Shown: piece by piece, positions 56,617-64,000 of the stretch
Layout of the letters: the number at the start of each line of letters is the position of its first letter
Position numbering within the stretch: the first letter of the stretch is position 1
DNA from: Takakia lepidozioides
Lineage: Eukaryota; Plantae; Bryophyta
Assembly (NCBI GenBank): GCA_030704615.1
Contig: CM060733.1
Span: forward strand, 18,910,001 to 18,974,000
DNA: 64,000 nt
Direction of reading: 5' to 3'
Position numbers and translations under genes: made by a program
Notes under the pieces: model-generated
Database searches by the model: none
Told to the model about the DNA's origin: nothing
The model's input: only the letters and a program-made list of their open reading frames with translations

Positions 56617-59491
56617 TGTCACATTAAAGCCCTTCTTATACTGTTACTATTTATGGCTTGCTTAAGCCCATAATTGACCTTTGCTAATCTAATGCTCATA
56701 TGACATTCATGATGCTAATGAATGATGTTTTGAGGCCTTTCATGGGAAAAATTGTGGTTGATTTTATTGATGACATATTGATCTACAGTAAAACAGTCGA
56801 GGAACATGTGGTTCATCTCCGTCAAGTTCTAACAACCTTACGCAGGGTTACACTGTATGCTAATCCAAACAAGTGTAAGTTGTTCAAATTTGAGGTGGAG
56901 TAATTTAGGACACATTGTGTCAGTGGGTGGTGTCAAGATGGATCCTAAGAAGGTAACTGTCATACTCAGATGGCCTAGACCACTTGATGTGGTATCGTTG
57001 CAGTCATTTTAGAGTTTTTCTGGTTTGGGAAGTATGTCAAGAACTACTCACGAATTACAGCTCCGCTTACTGATTTGTTACAAGGTAGCAAGTTGTACGA
57101 GTGGACTGCGTTACAACAAGAAGGTTTTGATATCTTAAAACATGTTGTAGCTACAACACCTGTATTAAAGATTGTAGATCTACAAAAGCCTTTTGTGTTG
57201 GAAATGGACGCTAGTCGCATTGCTGTTGGAGCGGTCCTAAGTCAGGAGGGTCGGCCAGTTGCTTTTGAGAATCGAAAGCTTAGTCTAGCTCAACAGAGAT
57301 ACCCCACACATGAGCAAGAGTTGTATGCTACTATACATGCATTAAAAGTTTGGAGGCACTACTTGTATGGGGCAGTGTTTACGGTCTATATGGATCATAA
57401 GACACTTACCTATTTATTAACCAACTTGATCTCAAGGGACGTCAAGCTCGATGGACTGAATTGATGCAGGAATTCCACATGGAGTTTCGGTACCGAAGAG
57501 GTAAAGATAATGTGGTAGCTGATGCATTATCTCGTATTATGTATCAGATGGCTTTTACAATAATAGACAACTCTCTCCTAGCGGAGATAATAGAAGCTCA
57601 CAGAGAGGATGGCATATCCTAAGAGTGTGGGAAAGGGTTAACCAAGACAATATTGCGCAGAGTGATGGATCAGTTTCATCTGAGTCCACCACTAAAGTCC
57701 ACACATACACCATTGAGGATGTTTTGGTGAAACGGAAAGACAAAGTTTGCATTCCAAGTTCAAGAGAACTTCGAAAGAAGATTCTTACAGAATATCATGT
57801 CAGTCCTTGTGCAGGACATCCATGGGTTGAGAAAACTTGTGAGTTAGTGCGACGCCACTTTTGGTGGCCTAAGCTCAAGGCAGACGTGCAAGAGTATGTG
57901 ACACATTGTTTCAGGTGTCAGACCTCACTAAAGTAGAACACCTGAAGTCTCCATGATTGTTACATTCGTTAGAAATCTCCACCAGGTCGGTGGGAAAACA
58001 TTTCCATGGATTTTATGACTGATTTGCCTATGACACAACATGGAAAAAATGCAACTCTAGTGGTTGTAGACAGATTGTCCAAGATGGCTCATTTTATTCC
58101 TACTAAGAAGGCTGTGGGAGCTCCTAAAGTAGCGGAGTTGTTTGTTCAACATGTGTTTCGTCTGCATGGATTATCTAAGTCCATAGTATCAGACAGAGAT
58201 CCTAGATTTACTAGTCATTTCTGGACAACCGCGTTAAGACATTAGATACAAAGCTAAACATGAGCAGTGGAGATCATCCACAAAGTGATGGACAAACTGG
58301 GAGAATAAATCAGGTTCTAGAAGATATGTTGCGGGCCTATGTAAGTGACAGACCAACCTCATGGGAGAAGTATTTGCCATTGTTAGAATTTGCATACAAT
58401 GACAAAAAACATGCTTCAACCTGTAGGGACAAGTCCATTTGAGCTAGTATATGGATATAGACCCACGAACCCAATTATGATTGGATTTCCACATAATGTA
58501 CCTAGTGCAGCAAAGTTTGTAACTCAGATGCAAGTGCACCTAGCAAGTGCAAGGTTGCATATCCGTAAGGCCTCAGATCGGGCTAAGATCTGAGGATCAG
58601 GGAATTTAAGGTGGGGGACAAAATGTTCCTACTGATACCATCATCTTCACCTCTCCTCGATATTGTGGACCTTGGTTGATTGTGAAATGCATATAAGCTA
58701 GAGCTTCCAGAGTCATATAAGATACATCCAATGTTTCATGTTAGTAAGCTCGAGAGATACTTACATGATGGGGATAATTTGGTAGAAGGAACTATACTTT
58801 TACAGGAAGGGTCGGAGAGTGACCAACATGGATCTTGACGAATTGCGTAGTATCTCATCAAGGAGTGTTTGGTTCCATGGCACGAGCTTCTTTTGACTAA
58901 CGCTATGTGTGAGTCTGAGCAGACACTGAGACAGAGATACCCAGACTTTGTCATTGAGGACAATGACTAAGCTTCGAAGGGGTAGAGAATGTCACAGCCA
59001 AGATTAGCAAAGGTCAATTATGGGCTTAAGCAAGCCATAAATAGTAAAAGTATAAGAAGGGCTTTAAGCAAAGCCCTATATAATAAAAATATATATATAG
59101 ACAAAGTCAAGATTGGCAAAAGTCTAAAAGAAGGCTAGAGCCAAGTAAAGCAAAAAATAAGCTTTAAGAGCATGAAGGGATCATATCAGGAATAGCTACA
59201 ACCTGGATATCTTAAGAGCAAGGAGGTGAGACCTCAAAGAATACTTAAAGGGGATCTGGTGTTTAGTCTAGGAAGGAGATTACATAGAGAACAAAAGGAC
59301 AAGTAGTCAGAGAGCGTGACGATCATATGTGGAACTACTCTGAGTCTTGAGAGAGCAAGACAGTCTTAGCACCAAGAGGGATCATGTACTCTTTAGCAAG
59401 CATGTAAGAGATGTCTTTGAGGTTGGGAGGTTATCTTGCTCATAGGTGGCTTAGTTGTAAAGCACTTTCCATAAGAGGTTTGATCATTACA
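56617..59491 (+). mobile_element. Rearranged 5'-truncated Ty3/gypsy chromovirus
   Basis: RT (FIDDIL), RNase H, integrase (SDRDPRF), chromodomain relic, PPT and 3' LTR 58990-59491. Left end carries an inverted 67-bp LTR segment. Confidence 0.85.
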
Positions 59492-61203
59492 AATATTGTC
59501 ATCACAGATAGTAGGGTTTAGGGTATATGCTCCTACATACGATATGGAAATTTGTTTGGGTATCTACAGCTGAAACCATGTAAATTTTTAGTTTCGCGTT
59601 GGGAAATTGTATCTTAAAAACGTAGTAGTTTCAGGGGTGAGAGTTTCCTCTTGACAAATTATCCATAGGACGTGAGAACCTTAAAGGTCATTTGAAGTCT
59701 CACCGCCCATTCTCGAGCCTATATTGGAAAGGGCCTAATATCGTGTGATGATGTGAGAAAATCCCACGCCGATAGGGTAACATGTTTATCATGTATAGGG
59801 GTTACTTGTTTTTTATGTGTTGCGATTAGTGCCTAGGTGAGCAATTGAAAACAGTTTCACATAATTTTTAATTTCTCAAATTTTCGTTTCGCTATGGAAT
59901 ATTCCTGATGTGTCTTGGGAATATTTGAATTATGCCCTTCTCCTCACGTGAGCTACCCAACCAACCTCACAGAATTTATGTCTTTCACGCAACGCCTCAT
60001 GTCATGGTACCCTACAAGGTAATTTTCAGGTCTTCCTCATTTCTTTTTCTTTTCCCTCACTTTACTATTATGATTTTCGATCATAATAGATAATTTTTGT
60101 TTTTTTCTTAATTTTTGCAAACAGGGGACAAAGGCCCTGAAATTATCATAAACCTAAAATTTTCCAATCATATTTTTGGGTTAAAGTAACAAATTCGTTA
60201 GCTGGCATGTATTACTAATTGCCATTGCATCTCTTACTAGCAAGCCCCTTTCCAATATGCCTATAGTGGGCTAACCCACAAAGTTTTGGTTCCCATGCAT
60301 GGGAACTAGAAACAAGATGCACATTTTTTTTTGTTTCGAAATGGTACACATCACAGGGCTTTCCTTTGACTGAGTCAAGCCTTGTGAATCAAATATCACC
60401 ATTCTAAGTTAGAGTGAGAAACTTGGAAGGATATGTCCCTCCATTTGCATTCCACACTGGAGTACAGTATGCAGAGTACACACTGCAGTGAGCAGCATCT
60501 TACTTGTGAAAAACACACACTTTTGAAAGACAAGTGTGGGGAGCTGTTTGAACAGCTTGAATGCATAATGTTGAAAAGATATGAGAGAAGCTTTGGGGGT
60601 AATGTGTGGGAGAAGCTTAGGAGAGAAGTGAGTGCTTTGTTTATAGGGAGAGACCCAATAGTTTGTGGGACACAAGTTATGTGAGAAGGATGGGCTGGTA
60701 AGAAAAATGGCAGACGTGCAACAGGCTGGATGTTTCCTGCCGTCGACAACACGATGTGGATCTGGCACGGGATGATCACCGACCTGCCAATGGGTGCGAG
60801 GTCGGTGGGCTTGGGATGTTTCGAATGCTTGAGAGTGATGAAGAGGCAGGAACAAATAACATGGGACACAGTTGGGCAGGCAGCATATCTGGCACCTAAG
60901 TGGTAGCCGGCCTGCAAAGGCAACGGTCTTATTTGAGCCTGCGATCCCAACGGATGGGCGTGTCAGCTTTGCCTATATTACCTCAAAGTAGCGCTAGATT
61001 GATGCATTCTTTCCTACATACCCCCGCTGCAGCTGCCTGACCCGTAACCATTCTCGCAGATTACTGCAGATGCATCACCGTCAGTCAAGTGAAGCGCGAA
61101 GTTGTAGCAGCTGGTGAATTTGCATATAAGCGGTGCTCTTCAGATTCGATGTCCTGCTAGCTGAGGAGTACAACTACCGGTTGTTCTGCTTTGGGACAGT
61201 GCT

Positions 61204-62910
61204 ATGGGTGGCGCAGCGATCTCAACCGCGAAGATGACTTCATTTCTGGTGGCCTTGCTGCTGGCTTCCACATCGGGTAGGCCTGGATTCCTTGATATAC
61301 TACGGTATCAGCAATCTAGCATCCTTCACTCGGTATTTGACATCGTACTGAGCAGTTGGAGCTTGATCTACTACTATTGTAGAGTCAATTATGTAAGACG
61401 GTTTTCGGAACTTTACATCAGAGTAATCCATTTCTTTGACGTCGGAATACTAAGTCCACTGAGTGCCTGGGGAAAGACGGTACTGTACTAACTGAAGTCT
61501 GATGCGATAGCCATTTCCTCCAAGTTGTGAAGGGGTCTTATTTGGCTGGATAGCGAGAGAATCTCTCATAGCCCGGTGGTTGTGGAACGTCTCGAGTCTC
61601 CTCGTGCAAGTGGTTAAAGTCTGTCTGCCCCCTCGCTCTTTCTGGGCACTAATATCTGAGCTTCTTCCCAGCATTCGATAAACAGGTGGGAAGCAAGTTC
61701 CCACTGTAATTGAACATCCTTTGACAGGCCACTCGTGAGCAATTCCGAAACTTTCAATGCGAGATGGTGAACTGTCAAACATCACAAGAAGATATGAAAG
61801 TCTGACTGAGTGTGGATGGGATTTTCTGAATGTTGGAACTGGCCTGACAGGCGTCTCAGCAACTACCTTCACCTTCCTCAATGCATGTGCATTCACTGTG
61901 TGGGTGGGAACACAACCCAATGGGGGTCTCCCTCTTCTAGCTGCTGGCGGATTCGCACTGGCTCCTGGTCAAACAAGTGCTGTGGGGGCACAGCCTGGCT
62001 GGGGAGGACGATTCTGGGGCCGCACTCTTTGCAACTTTGGAGCAACTGGTTGTATGACAGGAGATTGCGGGGGAGTTCTGGAGTGTGGTGGTGCAGGAGG
62101 AAATCCCCCTGCTACATTGGCTGAGTTCACTCTTAATGGAGCAAACGGTGATGATTTTTACGACATTAGCTTAGTCGATGGCTACAACTTACCTCTCAGT
62201 ATAACACCCAGTGGAGGAAGTGGCATGTGTGGTTCTCCTGGTTGCACTAGCAATCTCAATACCCGGTGTCCAAGCGGGTTGGAGGTGTGTCTGCCCTGTA
62301 CTTTCTCTTATTGATATTCCAAGGTTGAAGGGGGACTGGGTGGTGAGAGTTGCATTCCTTCATGGCATTGCATGGCACCTCATTGTGCTTCAGACAAAAT
62401 CCCTACTGCATTGTCAAATATTGTCAATGGTAGCTCTAAGGTGCATAGTGTCAGATTGAGGCAATAGTACTTCTACAGAGATCTACCTAAGTTATCCCAC
62501 AAGGGGATGTTCTTCCACCCACAGCTATCTGGTTTGACAGTTGTCTTCAGAAGAAGCCCAAGGATTGTTGATTGTTCCCCTCAAGTTGGATTCCTATCTA
62601 AATCTCTAGATGGACTTTGAATGTTTGCTGTGTAGCAATTCCAAGGTGCCAATTATTCTGTTTATTTGTGCAGGTTAAAGCTGGTGGCCAGGTGGTAGCC
62701 TGCAAGAGTGCCTGCAGTGCTTATGGTTCATCACAGTATTGCTGTACGGGACCAAACAGCACACCTTCTACCTGTCCCCCCAACCAATATTCACGTGTTT
62801 TCAAAGCAGCTTGCCCTACTGCATACAGCTATGCCTATGACGATGCGAGCAGCACTTTCACCTGCTCAGGGGCCAATTATGCCATAACCTTTTGCCCAAA
62901 TGGTACCTAA
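61204..62910 (+). CDS. Thaumatin-like protein (PR-5), 3 exons, 247 aa
   Basis: Exons 61204-61276, 61851-62284, 62674-62910. Signal peptide, [48 protein letters not shown]. Confidence 0.95.
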
Positions 62911-63916
62911 CTCAATACGATTGCACTATATTCTTTCCAGTCTGCATTGGTCAACCGTATCGACCGTTTACGAATATATGGTTTTAGAATATTATTATAC
63001 ATGACCCCCAAAATTGTGGGGTGTTAGACTCAAGGGTATCTCTGAATTGGATATTAAGAGCAACGAAAGCATAGTGTTTGAAGCATGTCTTGTAGTGGCG
63101 ACAGACAGACTGGCTCCAGAGTCAGAAGGATCATTGGCTAACTAGTTTTCATTATCCTAGAACTAGTTAAAGCTGGACTCTAGGATGGTTGGAGTTGGAG
63201 ATTACTGATTTCATTTCAGTTTCAAAGCAGAACTGAAAAGATCTCCAAGGGGTAGAGTTTTAGAACTTGCAGATACGTATTTTGTCTACTTAAGGCAAAT
63301 GTTTCCAAGAGTACTTTTACTATTATCCAAGATCCCTTGGGTTTCCTAAGTATAGTCATGGCCAAACTGGTTACCACTGGTCGTGAATCTGCACCAGTGG
63401 GGTGTCTGTTTGTAGTCCCAATTGTAGTTCGAATTGAATTGTAGGTCCTGTAATCGAGTTTGGGATTCTGTACCATACCTGAATCTGCAAATGTGTTGAG
63501 GGACAAGCACACATGAACTGTTCACACATGAACTACAGAACCAAATAAGTGCTTGATTTCCCTCATTGATGAGGAGCGTGGTGTGTTGGTTGGAGTGAGG
63601 TGTAGCAGTAACCAAGTGTAGGATTCTGTTGTTAGTCTGCAAAATGGGCTGAAGCATTTCCAATGATGGGACCCGATAGAGAGAGGAAGTTGAACTAATC
63701 AGAGAGAGCTGGGAAGTTGAGTTGGGTTGGAGCTGGGAATTCATCAACTAGCGCACAGTGTAGATCTACAGGGATGTGAAGTCTGTAGATGGATGACAAC
63801 TGGGTTCTCCATGCAACAAACATGACCTCATATTATAGTGACATGCTTAGGGTGAAGGAGGGAGAGAGAGAGCTAGGGAAGCAAGTGCAGACACCACCTG
63901 GTTCTGGTATCGGGCC

Positions 63917-64000
63917 ATGGCAGACGAGAAGGCAGCGGCGTTATCCGCTGCTGCTGCGAAAGCTGCTGACTCCGGAGCACCCACCATCTTCGACAAGATT
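63917..64000 (+). CDS. Histidine-triad nucleotide-binding protein (HINT), N-terminus, runs off window
   Basis: MADEKAAALSAAAAKAADSGAPTIFDKI carries the HINT PTIFDKI motif. Confidence 0.8.
   Translation, partial: MADEKAAALSAAAAKAADSGAPTIFDKI

Noticed and set aside
60396-60950. 184-aa minus-strand ORF upstream of the thaumatin gene
   Set aside because: No motif; likely promoter DNA.
63222-63747. Minus-strand ORFs near the window end
   Set aside because: No homology recognised and no coherent exon model.

Overview
Nuclear DNA of a land plant, probably seed-free (inferred from PLS-class PPR relics, a Tcn1/Tf1-like chromovirus and short introns; species not determinable here). Intact spliced genes: GAPA last exon, an At3g15630/At1g52720-like small protein, a METTL21-like Lys methyltransferase head-to-head with RPS29, fibrillin FBN5 head-to-head with ALAD/HEMB, the triose-phosphate translocator TPT, a thaumatin-like protein and the start of a HINT protein. 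Between them are decayed genes mostly missed by the ORF track. The most notable is a three-exon LEAFY-derived locus whose SAM exon is still open while its DNA-binding domain is disrupted. Others are a 7-exon phase-consistent cryptic gene with two stops, and exostosin, SDR, PPR and possible SOQ1-like relics. Mobile DNA includes a self-priming Ty3 chromovirus, a rearranged Ty3 with an inverted LTR piece, a TTAA/CCC piggyBac-like element, hAT and TA-flanked MITEs, LINE fragments, tRNA-like SINEs and a structured ~80-nt retroposed RNA motif. All family assignments come from manual translation and recall; no database search was run.
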